DNA from: Octopus sinensis
Taxonomy: Eukaryota
DNA: 64,000 bases
NCBI RefSeq assembly: GCF_006345805.1
Contig: NC_043002.1
Span: 25,668,001 to 25,732,000 of the forward strand
Reading direction: 5' to 3'
Part shown: positions 44,075-55,889 of the stretch, one piece after another
Numbering within the stretch: position 1 is the first letter of the stretch
How the letters are laid out: every line of letters starts with the position of its first letter
Position numbers and translations under genes: made by a program
Notes under the pieces: model-generated
Seen by the model: only the letters and a program-made list of their open reading frames with translations
What the model was told of the DNA's origin: nothing
The model's database searches: none

Positions 44075-44298
44075 AAACAACAAATTATAAAGGTGGCTTA
44101 TTAGTCCTTAGAACCTAAAGGCAAGATTAATAGAGGTCACAAAAGCGACAGAGGGTACTGACTAGCACCGCTTTTGCTAAAAATAAGAGTTAAAACAATT
44201 CCAAAGCCACAAAAGCACTGTCTTAATGACCTTTGTGACTTCTATTAATTTTGCTTTTAGGTTCCAATTGCTAATAAGCCACCTTAATGATTTGTTGT
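44075..44298. mobile_element. Foldback MITE with ~68-bp inverted arms
   Basis: 44075-44143 vs 44232-44298 are about 85% complementary. The internal segment is also present at 43574-43670. Confidence 0.7.
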
Positions 44299-45664
44299 AT
44301 AAATAGCCCGAGACTATAGCAGAAGACACTTGCGCATGATGCCACGCAGTGGAACTGAACTCGGAATTTTGTTGTTGGGAAGCAATCTTCTTACCACACA
44401 GCCACATCTGTGCCTACATGTTTTAATTGTTTTAGTCATAGGATAGTTGGCATGCGTGAAATGTTTAGTCGAATTAATTGACCCCCCCCTACCGTACTTA
44501 TCGTTTTTTGAAGTCTTGTACTTATTCTATCGATATATTTTACTGAACTGCTAATTTGCAAGAACGTTAACAAGCCAACACCGGTTGTCAAGTGTTCGAA
44601 GGGGGGGGGTACAAACACAAACACAAAAGCACACACACTTATTTAGAAGCTTGCATATAGTGCACTTCCATGCAGTTTCTGATCAAATTCTTTCACAACG
44701 TACTGGTCTGTAGCGAAGTGGGATTGAACCCCAAAGAAAACTCAATGAAAACTTCCTAATCACAAAGTCATCCATCCATCCATCCATCCATCTAGCCATA
44801 CATACATACATACATACATCCATCCATCCATCCATCCATACATACATACATACATACATACATACATACATACATACATACATACATACATACATACATA
44901 CATACATACATACATACGTGTGTGTGTGTATGTGTGCGTTTATGTATTATAGATACCAAAGATGTGTTATGGACTATACTTTGAATTTGGTGATCTTTAA
45001 AATTACTCATTTTTTTTGTTTACTTTTATGCCGTTCCTGCTGTTTTTTAGAATATGCTTCTCTCTTAATAGAGCTCGTTAGAGATAAGAACGAGTCTGTT
45101 TTGAGGAAGAAACTTTTCAGTTGAGAATCGCTGTTAAGAATGGGATTCGTGATATGATTCTTTTAGGAAAGAAATTTCATTGTGTTAGTGATTTCACTAC
45201 ATCACTCAAAATTATTATCTTTAACCCTCACAGATATTGGAAGTGACAGCGGCGGTCCTTTTTTGAGCTGAAGCCATTTTTTTAATATAAAAAATTATTT
45301 AATCTTAATCAATAGTGCTGAAAATTTATACTATATTTTGAACTTCTTATTCCAAGTTCTTTTGGTAAAAAAAAAAAAAAAAAGTTTCATTTTGGGTTTG
45401 GGCTTTAAATTTTGAAAGAAGTTCCGTGAAAACATAGACTGACCGCTGTGGTCCTGTTAATAGTGTGTTTTATTTTGTAGATAAAAATAACAAATTCGTA
45501 TCAAGAAACATGTTCACGAGTTTTCCTCACTGTTCCAGAACTTCTTTGACACAGCTGACTAGCTGATTAGATTCTATTTGATGAAACGAGCCACACGAAG
45601 AAAACTAATGCCAATGTTTTTCAACCTGATTAATACAGCAACATACAATGCGTCTTTTGTTACA

Positions 45665-47165
45665 TTGGGTCATTCCATAAATAATGCGGTTTTTTATACT
45701 TCTTTCATTTTTCAAAATTAAGATAAACAAAGTTCTTTTTAATCTAAAATATACTCTCCTTCATTTTCTACAATGTTCTTCCATCTGTCTGGTAGACTTG
45801 CAAAGCCCCTCTTCCAAAATTCACTTGTCCGTGATGAAAAATACTCCTCCAGAACTGTTCTGACCTCGTCTAAGAATTCAAATTTTTTCTGGTTAAATGA
45901 TTTTGAAGACTGCGGAATAAATGATAATCAAATGGGGCAATATCCGGCGAATTTGGTGGATGGGGCATTGTTTCCCATTCAAACTGATCCAGCCTTTGGA
46001 ATGTCATCCTTGCTGTATGTGGCCGAGCATTATCATGATAGAAGAATACCTTTCGTTTTGAAAGCAGAGATGGTCGTTTCTCTTCTAGCGATGAATGGTT
46101 AAATGACCAAATCCAAGCTTCTCTGCTAGTTCCTCAACAGTTACGATGGGTTTTTGTTCCGCCAGGGTTTACAGAACGTCCTCGCCGCCCTCTACAAGTC
46201 TTCCAGGACAAGGCTTGTCTTCTAGGCTGTAGTTTCCGGCTCGGAATTTCTGGAACCACTGTTGACACTGGATTACACTTATTGTCCGATCCCTATATAC
46301 TGCATTAATATTCCTCGCACTTTCCGTTGCGTTGTTGCCTTTATTGAACTCATAAAGCAAAATATGCCGAATAAACTCCTTTGTCACTTCCATTGTAGCC
46401 TAAAAAATAACTGTTAAAATCGAACTGCACTCTTTGAAACTTGCTCTAAGAATAAGTACAAGGTAAATTTACTACATGCTTTTACAGCAAGTTGATGCAG
46501 GTAGTTTATCCCGTTCACCTCCGACTCGCATCTCCTTCCTTGAAACGGGAAGGAAGAGTCATTTTCATCGTACTTGTGTCTATGGCGAAAGAATGTATAT
46601 GGTGGACGTCTGAAAGGTTTCGAGACAAACACTTTCCTCTCTGGTCAATATCTTATCAACTTCTTCAACTTTCACTTGAAGAGGAAGGTGAGAGTAGAGA
46701 GGGAAGTTTTGTCTAGTGAATGTTTCAAAAAAAAGATGGGTGAATGTAGCAAGGATGGCAGTGTGAATGACGGAGCCAGCTTGAGCATAGTCCTATGAAC
46801 CAAAAGAGAAAAAAACGAAAGGAAAAAAGGAGCCACTTACTGTAATGTGTTTTCTTTTGTATGACGCTATTGCCCAAGGTTCCTGTGGTCTTTTCCGTAG
46901 GCTTTTCTATCCACGGACAAACCTAATCTGTTTTCCCTTTTTACATTAACATTTCTGTGATACACGATCTCTATTGATCGTCCCCACCTTTTTTTTCCCC
47001 ACGATCCTTTTTGATCGGAGTCCGATCCATTTTTTTCCTTCTCTTCTTCCCAACAAGAAAAGCACTACTTTGTATTTTGTCCCTTCTGTGTTCAGCCCTG
47101 CGTGGCCAATAAAGAAATCTAATTCACGCAATTGAAAAGACCGCATTATTTATGGGATGACCCAA
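45665..47165 (-). mobile_element. Defective mariner transposon with nested insertions
   Basis: TIRs TTGGGTCA(T/C)CCATAAATAATGCGGT at both ends. ORF 46393-46169 MEVTKEFIRHILLYEF..WFQKFRAGN is a mariner HTH; the C-terminus ..RWKNIVENEGEYILD* is present and the catalytic middle is largely deleted. Confidence 0.85.
46500..46850 (+). mobile_element. Tx1/L1-type 3' fragment nested in the mariner 5' UTR
   Basis: KECIWWT...FFNFHLKRKVRVERE, homologous to 38010-39000. Confidence 0.55.
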
Positions 47166-48289
47166 TATATTAATAAAAACACCCACAATTTAAATAAAAG
47201 AACAAACACCAATCTAGACGCGAATTTTTAAAAAATACTGGTTGAAAAACCCCTAAGATGAAGAACTTAAGGAAATAATTTCAGTATCCAAAACAGAACC
47301 CCCACCCCACCCCCTAAAAAACAGGTAACTGACGGGGATTGTCAGGAAAAATGAAAAAGACTAGAATTAGCTGTCAAAAATGTCAGATTTTTACATGTGA
47401 AAGCCACAAAGATTAATCAGCTTTGAGCTTGAACTGTGTAAATCAATTCTTTAATGTTTTATGTATATAATTTTCAATGATAATTTGACTTGTACCAGCG
47501 TGGTCACCTTCACGTGTTTATGTAACATTTTTCATGTTTTTCTTGGGTTAATATGTAATAAAAATCTTACCACCATCAACCATAACCATCACTACCACCA
47601 CCACAACCGCTGTCTCCTTGCCACCGACTACATCGCCGCCGCTGTCTTCGTCGTCGTCGCTCTCCTTCTCCTGTGTCATACACTTTCAGAACGTGAAATA
47701 AACGAGTCGAAATCTCATTTTTCATGTGCTGCATTTATACAAAGGGGAAGACGGATAAAATTATTGGTAAATGGGTAAGATAAGAAATTCCTGATATCTC
47801 GTTATTTTCGCTTTACCTGCTGGGAATCACACCATCGCGAGTATTGCATCATTATTGTGTACTACTGAATCATCTTTAGGTCAACGTAGTTGTTGTTGAA
47901 GTTGAGAGGGTTTGGAACATAGTCAGGTGACTGGTACTTATTTTTCAAGGAATAACTCCTTAAATTTGACCCGATTGTAATTAAGGTTACTAATAACATA
48001 TCTGGATAAATGTTGGTGCTTATCAATCAATATTCTTTTCTCTGTTGGACTTCAAGTCAATTTTTTCCATACTAATGTCTTATATAGTAACTTTTATTTA
48101 AAAAAAAATGATATCTAAACTGAGGTAAAATGAGCCATGTCTAATTTCAGTAATTTTTTTCTCTTTCACTGCATGGTGCGTAAATATATTAGGAAGAGAG
48201 GTGCTGCGGGAGATCGTGAAGAAGCTACAGAGAACATTTCATGCTGAATTTTTAGATTTAGTCGGGTTTCGTTAATTTCATTCGAAGTG

Positions 48290-48915
48290 ATTTTAAAATG
48301 TTCCCGGACTAGTTCTGTAGCGTGCCAACAGATGGTAGCATACACTTGCGTGTTCAGCGAGAGCTAGCCGTGACATTCATGAGGCAGTGTGCCGAGTGAT
48401 ATCACTGTTTACTTCGCAAGTTTGCAAGTTGTGAAATTTGTGTTTTTATGATCACGTGTATGCTGTACTCTGCGATTTTGTCATGGACAGGAAGTTGGAA
48501 CAAAGAGCCAACGTGAAATTTTGCGTTAAACTTGGGAAGTCTGCTACAGAGGTATTGAGTATGCTTCGGCAGGCTTACGGCAATGAGGCAATGGGTCGTA
48601 CGCAATGTTTTGAGTGACATGGGCGCTTCAAAAGCGGTAAAATGTTCATGGAAGACGACGAGAGATCTGGAAAACTTTCCACGAGCGTCACACCCGAAAA
48701 TGTGGGAAAAATTCCTAAGCTTGTATATGAGGATCGTTGGAGGACAATCAACGACATTACTGAAGTTGTGTGTCCATGGAGGTAATCCTAACGTCTGAAT
48801 TGAACATGCAGCGTGTCTCTGCCAAGTTTGCCTCCCGCATGCTGATTACTGAGCAGAAAAAACATCGCATCGAAGTCTGTCAAGATTTCCATCAGCGTGC
48901 CACTGATGACCCACC
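48290..48915 (+). mobile_element. Mariner transposase 5' relic
   Basis: LEQRANVKFCVKLGKSATE..LRQAYG..EDDERSG...RVSAKFASRML with stops; no catalytic domain or TIR found. Confidence 0.75.
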
Positions 48916-49584
48916 CCTTATTGGTAGTGAACATTTGAGAAAGATATTTTTTCTCAAAGTCAAAATTACAGTAAATATGACTCATTGTTCACCCACCATT
49001 TGCTATATTTTAAGCCTGTTTAATTCTTGATATTATCAATCAACGTAATTCTAGGCTTTCATCTTCCTCTCTTCCTATTCATTTATATTCCATGAAGCAA
49101 TGTCTGTGAGTTAGTTTTTTTAATTGTCATAAATATTTTTATTTTTGTATTTTTGATAATATTTAATAAAATTTCCTTTGTTTCTTTCTGCCATTTTTAG
49201 GATTTCATTGGTTTTGTGTCTTGTCCACTGTATTCTAAAATGTCTGTTGTATCCTGACACTTCAAAGGCTTGTAATCTGTTTAATAATACTTTTTATGTA
49301 TTACAATGAGTTTGGAAAAACACAGATAATATAATTGGTAAATATGGTTTAAATGAAAGAAACAAAAGAGGTGAATAACTGATAAAATTTTGTTAAAGAA
49401 ACAAACTAGTAGACACCAATAACTCTAGTCTAGTAACCAATAAGAAAATTACTAAGGCGACAGAGTTCAGGTGATTTTACTACAAATAAACTGGACTATG
49501 CACTAACAAACCATGGATTTAGAAACGGTGTGACACACCTCGAAGCAGATATCAATTCAGATCTTACAACTAAGTAGCAATTAA

Positions 49585-50525
49585 GTTATCTCTGCAGTTT
49601 CGACCGGTTACACTCGAGGCTGCACCAATCTAGCCGGCCACAAGAAAATCTAAGCTAAGAGCAGTAGATTCCTTGGAAGAAAGTAACCGAATGTATACGA
49701 AAACAAAGACGAAAAAAAACGGAGAAATGGTACACAATTACAAATACAAACAACAGGACATTAACAACATGTGTCTTTCGACTAAGGGCGAATTAAATTA
49801 AGCTGGCGTGTGAGGAAGTGAAGCCTTACGGCAGGGACATAGGAGATAAAAGTCATAGGAAGGAATATAAGAGATGCGACAGGATGGTAGTCGAACCAAG
49901 AAAGAAATGTCAGGCTTGGTGGAACACCGGTCACATGGAAGGAGAGGAGAGAGGTAGGGGTAGAGAGATAGAAGAATTAGGGAGGGACGAGAAAGAAAGA
50001 AAAGAGAAAAGAGACAGTGTGGTAAAAGAGGAGGGAAAGTGAGAATGAAGGGAAGACCAAGAAATGTGAGAGAGGGGGAGCGAGAAAAAGAAAAGTGGAA
50101 AGAATGAAGTGTGAAGGGGCTCAAAGAAAGAGTAAGAGAGTCGTAAAGAATTTAGGTATACATATATGCACCTACATATAAAAGACCAAAAGTGTATACG
50201 CCGCTATATGTATATATAAAACAGAAAACAAAAAATGAAACAAGAGTGTAACAGGCGACAACAAAACATCCGGACAGTTAGACGATACAAAAAAAGGACA
50301 GGAAAAAAACAAGGAGGGGTCATTCGGAGCTTTCTATCCTCAGTCGAGTTCCAGATTATCTCAACAGTTTCGGCTGGTTACACTCGAGACTTCTCCAATG
50401 TGGCCGGCCCAAAGAAAATCTAAGCTAAGAGCACTAGATTCCTTGGAAGAAAGCAAGCAAATGTATACAAAAACAAAGACGAAAATACACGGAGAAATGG
50501 TACACAATTACAAATACAAACAACA
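49585..50525. repeat. Pair of ~180-bp diverged direct repeats (49585-49775 and 50345-50525)
   Basis: Shared ...gttacactcgag...aagaaaatctaagctaagagca.tagattccttggaagaaag...gagaaatggtacacaattacaaatacaaacaac. Confidence 0.75.
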
Positions 50526-50543
50526 ATATATATATATATATAT

Positions 50544-50867
50544 AAGTATATTTGCTACCTAAATGTGGCTGGCCCATATGGAACGATGCTACTGTTGTTT
50601 ATAGTCCCAGGAAGACATCTCATCTAGCTGGCTAACGACACACTGCGAAGGGAAATCATAGCACCCTAGCTGGTGATTGTCACATACTGATAACGGGTTA
50701 CAACTCAGAAACCCGGGTCCGTGTGTATCACGTAACGCTAGAGATGGGAATGATATTTCCCTTTGCAAATACTGATCGGACACAGTGTGTCGTTAGCCAG
50801 CTAGAGGAGATGTCTTCCTGGGGCTATAAACAACAGTAACATCGTCCTATAGGTGGCAAATATACTT
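50544..50867 (+). ncRNA. Rod-like foldback element with a type I hammerhead at its apex
   Basis: Arms 50544-50561/50850-50867 (17/18) and 50583-50645/50783-50845 (60/63). Apex CTGATAA-CGGGT taca ACTCA-GAAA-CCCGGGT-C; set between (TA)n tracts. Confidence 0.72.
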
Positions 50868-50917
50868 CATGATGTCGTGCTGCTACGGTTTACATCTCGC
50901 TCAGATATTTATTATTG

Positions 50918-50967
<50 letters not shown>

Positions 50968-51154
50968 GCACACATATTAGACATATAAACATGTCGAATT
51001 TACTTATTTCTCCGTTCTAAGTTTAAATTTCTGTTTATGTTCTGTTTTGGCAATTTGAAGTTTCTGTTTATCTTTTAACGATGTTCATTTTGCTGGGTTT
51101 GATCCCTAATTTAATTGCTATTTAGTTGTAAGACCTGAATTGATATCTGCTTCC

Positions 51155-51229
<75 letters not shown>

Positions 51230-51319
51230 CCTGTGAGGGATCGATGCTAGATGTGTCGAAACATTTGTCATGATTAATAAAAATTGTCGTACTATATCCC
51301 ATCTTCCGTCTTTCATTTA

Positions 51320-51354
<35 letters not shown>

Positions 51355-51357
<3 letters not shown>

Positions 51358-51575
51358 GTGGAGGTGCTGAGAGGTTCCGGGCTTTAAGGGTAACACGAAA
51401 GGCCAGACTGGAGGTCCAACCTTCTGAGTTACTTTACAGGGCTTAGAAAAACGGTAGGACCTCTGCAACAAGTCTGTGAATCTGAGCGGGAAATATGTTG
51501 AGTAAAATTATAATTAACTGATCCTCCTGTATATTCTTTTACACAAAATCAGGAACTTTTCAGTACCTCCTCGTG
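51355..51575 (+). mobile_element. Mariner-derived MITE (221 bp), TA TSD
   Basis: TIRs CACG(T/A)GGAGGT(G/A)CTGA..GTTCC; TA on both sides; retains the transposase stop region (..NLSGKYVE*). Confidence 0.8.
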
Positions 51576-52485
51576 TATGTATGTATGTATCGGTAGCCAC
51601 TATGTATGTATCGGTAGTATGATGCTGAAGGCCTCCTTGTTGAGTGGGTTGTGTGTAGAGATGTAGGGAAGGGTTTTTAATTGTTCTTTCTTTTTTGGTT
51701 TTGTTTGTCTCAGGCCTTCAGCACCATACTACAAAGCACAGCCCTACTAAAGGGAGACCCAAAGATGAACCGGATCCTCGAAACACACACCATCATTAAA
51801 AGTAAACGGCAACCAAAATCCTTGAAAAGGATTTTAACCCAAGCTAAACTGCACTCAACATCAACCACAAAACCAGCAGTTAGAAAATGTGGAAGGCCCA
51901 ACTGCGGAATCTGTGTCATCTTGATAGAAGGTTCAGAATTTATACTAGAACAAGGCCACCAGTTCACCATTAGAGCAAACTTCACCTGCGCATCAGAAAA
52001 CTTAATTTACGTCATAACATGCGCAGGCTGCAATAGGCAGTATATAGGCCATACAAAAAATAGCTTACGTAACAGGATGGCGGTGCATAAATCACAAATT
52101 AGAAACCCTGAATACCGGAAAATACCGGTCAGCGGACACATAGATAGATGTGCTGGAAATGTAAATCCGAAATTTACAACTTACCCGCTTTATAAATTCA
52201 GTGACAACGCAACCTTCACGCAACGCCAAAATAAAGAACTGTATTTCATCAAAAAATTTAGACCAAGTTTAAACACCCTGGGCCAGGAATATTAAAACAA
52301 AAGATTAGTCCTCCGAAAAAGAGAAGCAAAATTCCACCACGGCCGCTACCTTAAGCAGTCACTCACACTGACGGAAATATGCCTTAGGGAAAAAGGGAAA
52401 AAAATTTATAAAAAGATCTCTTCGAACAGATCTAACCCTGATGGACTGGCCACACACGATACAGCTAAGGGTCAGACCCGATTCT

Positions 52486-52790
52486 GATTGGTCAACACGT
52501 TGATGACGTCTCGTTCTGCTAGACTGGACAGGATACAGACAAGGGGCAGATCTAATACAGCTATAGGCCGGGATTGGTCAGAATATTGATGACGTCCCGT
52601 TATGCTTGACTAGTCACCTAACAGGATACAGACAAGGGGCAGATCTAATACAGCTATAGGTCGGGATTGGTCAGAATATTGATGACGTCCCGTTCTGCTT
52701 GACTAAGCCACCTAACGAAACGATTGGTCAAAACGTTGATGACGTCACGTTACGCTGGACTGACCACCTAACAGGGATATAAAACCCAAA
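52486..52790 (+). promoter_or_regulatory. Four tandem ATTGG (reverse CCAAT) + TGACGTC (CRE/ATF) modules followed by TATAAAA
   Basis: GATTGG at 52486, 52572, 52665, 52722, each followed about 10 nt later by TGACGTC (perfect TGACGTCA at 52740). TATAAAA at 52778; donor-like AG|GTAAAA at 52856. Confidence 0.6.
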
Positions 52791-52949
52791 CAATTCACAA
52801 GGTCGCCAGAACTATCCAGCAGAACACCGACCAAAAGTCATCACAGTTACTCAAGGTAAAATCTAAAATGAATTCCTCGCTCTCAGGAACATCAATTTTT
52901 TATATTGACTGCATATCACACTTTGATCTATCTTTTATATTGAATGCAT

Positions 52950-53322
52950 ATCACCACTATGAAGACGCTGCCAGCTGCCACCAATCAACAAAAAGGCTGG
53001 CCAGGCAGCAAAAACCCTGCGAGAATCAAGTCTGTTGGTTCGAGGAGCACAACTGTTCAACTCCATTCCGGTACATGTCAGAAATCTATCAGGATGCAGT
53101 GTGGAATCATTCAAATTGCAACTGGATAGATACTTAAGCACCATTAGAGATGAACCCCATCTCCCAGGATATACACAACGAGCACAAACTGACTCAAATC
53201 GCCCTACACTGTCAATTTAGCAGAGAATACACCTGGCAACAACCACAGACTCTGAGGGTGGAGTCTTCGACTTGGCCTGAGCATGGACTCAAACCCAAAT
53301 GAAATGAAATGAAATGAAATGA
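52950..53322 (+). mobile_element. CR1/L2-group LINE 3' fragment nested in the Penelope-like element
   Basis: RCQLPPINKK...RGAQLFNSIP..VRNL....FKLQLDRYL..IRDEP..PGY and a (GAAAT)n tail. Confidence 0.75.
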
Positions 53323-53468
53323 ACCACTGCATCATACTCTTTAACCATATAGCATGAACGAACTCACTTCACTATATATGAACTTTTGATGTCTGACTCT
53401 ATGGTATATTATAAATGAATTTTTTATATTTGATAGCATGTACTATCTTTTTTTATATATAACTTTTT

Positions 53469-53506
53469 TTGATAAGGTTCATCATTTCAAGAACCGAAAC
53501 ATGTTA
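53469..53506 (+). ncRNA. Hammerhead-like motif at the Penelope 3' end (U3-A8 variant core)
   Basis: TTGATAA GGTTC-10nt-GAACC GAAA CATGT T; palindromic stem III ACATGT; stem I poorly defined. Confidence 0.5.
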
Positions 53507-53670
53507 TAATGTATATATAAAAATTAAAAATTTGTCTAATATAGCAGCATTTTCGAACTTCATTTTTTACAAATATATCCCCACTCGTATACAACTAATC
53601 TTATTATAACACACACATATATGCATATATATATATATATATATTATTTATATATTATATATATATATAT

Positions 53671-53711
<41 letters not shown>

Positions 53712-53749
53712 TATATATATACATATATATGCATATATTTGTGTGTTTG

Positions 53750-53816
<67 letters not shown>

Positions 53817-54576
53817 TCTGGTGAAGTTTTAATTCTATAAATATAATGTGCCATACGCCTTAGAAAGCCGGTAATTCGAACTCGAAACTTTTTTTATATA
53901 TAACGAGATAGATTATTATGATTGTTTTACAAATGACTTTCAACTTCAACCACAAATGAGTCATATCCTGGAAACGCATGTAATTAATTTAGTGCATAAA
54001 ATATATATACATCAAAGTGACTGTGTTAAAATAGCCGTAACCCACCTAGAATTAATTAATAAGTAACCATAAACAATGGTGAAAGAAGGCGAGGCTTGCA
54101 AAGCAAACACGCTTGTATAATAGGACTGACATTTTCTCTAAGGTTTGTTTTAATTTCAGGATGGAAAAGCAGACAAAAAACAGATAGAAATCAAACGTAA
54201 AATTCATAAACATCATCCAATTATAATTTGGTGTGGTTAAAAGCAAACACTCGAAAAAAAACTAAATTGATAGTAGCTAAACATGTGTATATTAAAAAAA
54301 AACAAACCAAAAACAAAACAATGCTATTTCCCTTCACAAACAAACCCTAAGAAACTTATAAACAATGATATTGCATAAATTAAGTCTCTCCTTTTCCTAT
54401 CTCTCTCCATATATTTCCGTGATTTTATATCTTGGTTTTCTTTCTATATGTGTGTAATTATGCATGTGTGTTTATGTGTGCATGTATTGAATATATGTAT
54501 ATACGTACAGATATGCATAATATGCGTGTTTTTCATGCACATACACATATACACAAACAATAGGTTACTCCCAACC

Positions 54577-54609
<33 letters not shown>

Positions 54610-54831
54610 TACACACACTCTCTCTGTCTCTCCCTCTCTCATTCTTTCTGGTACTCAAACACGCAAACATGCATATTGGAGGAGTTAAAATAAAACAAAG
54701 ACGAACAATTTTTTGTGTAATCGAAGCTAATTGCTTTGTTAATTATATTGTATTGTGTATTGTTGAGGCGTGCACAAGTTACTTGAATCTGTTCATCTAT
54801 ACACATAAACACGCACACATATGTATATAAG

Positions 54832-54863
<32 letters not shown>

Positions 54864-55048
54864 CATACACACACATATATATGTACATACATATATTATA
54901 TGTATGTATATATATACATATATACACATATACATACATATGCATATTTATGTGTATAAATATAAACATATGTGTGTGCGTATATCTTCGAGCATGCACA
55001 TACATACATCCGTCATACATATATACGTATACGGTGATAGAATATGTC

Positions 55049-55086
55049 TATATAAACCTAGCTCTGTCTGAGTGTTTCAATCAGTA
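55049..55086 (+). promoter_or_regulatory. Core promoter of gene B: TATATAAA + TCAGT initiator
   Basis: TATATAAA at 55049-55056 and TCAGT at 55081-55085 (A at 55083, ~32 nt spacing); ATG 63 nt later in context caaccATG. Confidence 0.6.
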
Positions 55087-55145
55087 TCGAAACTTCACAA
55101 TTTATCGTCCTTGATCTCACCTACTCTCTAACGAAACCTGCAACC

Positions 55146-55424
55146 ATGTTTCGAGTCATCTCAGTGATTCTCCTGCTAATTGCAACCGTAAAATGTCAAA
55201 ATTTAACGGAACTTTGTAATACAAACTCAGGAGAAGTAGGTTTTAACTTCATAAGAAATCCTGCCAACTGCAGCGAGTTCTATAGTTGTGTGAATGCTTT
55301 CCCTCCTATAAAACTTTCCTGCGGTAAAGGCACTGTCTTTTCCCAAGCTCACCAAGTCTGTGTATTCAAGAACAGTCATTACGATGATTGTGAAAAAGAA
55401 ATTTCTCCTGGAAAATACAGTTAA
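55146..55424 (+). CDS. Chitin-binding gene B, exon 1 (or whole CDS): signal peptide + peritrophin-A (CBM14) domain
   Basis: MFRVISVILLLIATVKC leader; C..FIRNPANCSEFYSC..LSCGKGTVFSQAHQVCVFKNSHYDDC six-Cys domain aligning with gene A exon 1. Ends in TAA at 55424 unless A|GTTAAG at 55420 is used as a phase-1 donor. Confidence 0.85.
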   Translation: MFRVISVILLLIATVKCQNLTELCNTNSGEVGFNFIRNPANCSEFYSCVNAFPPIKLSCGKGTVFSQAHQVCVFKNSHYDDCEKEISPGKYS

Positions 55425-55464
55425 GTATCGATTGTTATGTTTCTTTTATTTCTTTTGAAATTTC

Positions 55465-55527
<63 letters not shown>

Positions 55528-55534
55528 TTTTTAC

Positions 55535-55854
55535 TCCCTTCGGTCATGAATGACCATGGGATTGCACCTAGAAAGTTACCCTCCTAGACACAAGTCCGGG
55601 CAAGGTTGTTTATGGAAGGCCAGCAGTCGCCCATGCATACCAGCCTCCCCTCTCCACGCCACAAGTGTTATCCAAGGGAAAGACAAAGGTCGATACAGTT
55701 TGGCACCCATGACGTCGCAACTCATTTCTACAGCTGAGTGAACTGGAGCAACGTGAAATAAAGTGCCTTGCTCAAGAACACAACACGCAGCCCGGTCCGG
55801 GATTCGAGCTCACAACCTCACGATCGTAAGCTCGACGCTCTAACCACTGAGCCA

Positions 55855-55855
<1 letters not shown>
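55535..55855 (-). mobile_element. tRNA(Arg)-like SINE family S5
   Basis: tggctcagtggttagagcgtcgagcttacgatcgtgaggttgtgagctcgaatccc head followed by a non-tRNA body. A degraded 3' copy lies at 22995-23165 (+). Confidence 0.8.

Positions 55856-55889
<34 letters not shown>

Larger units (their letters stand above)
51612..53590 (+). mobile_element. 5'-truncated Penelope-like element (C-terminal GIY-YIG endonuclease, probably Neptune-type) with pseudo-LTR
   Basis: ORF to 52295: linker KCGRPNCGIC, then NLIYVITCAGCNRQYIGHT..LRNRMAVH..H..E..FIKKFRPSLN. Followed by a repeat/promoter block and a terminal hammerhead-like motif. Confidence 0.88.

Noticed and set aside
52486-52790. Repeat array as CRISPR
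   Set aside because: Eukaryotic context, no unique spacers, unit lengths vary; it lies within a Penelope-like element.
55780-55855. tRNA-Arg gene (also 58880-58947)
   Set aside because: The tRNA-like head continues into a repeated SINE body, and the acceptor stem and 3' end are not preserved.
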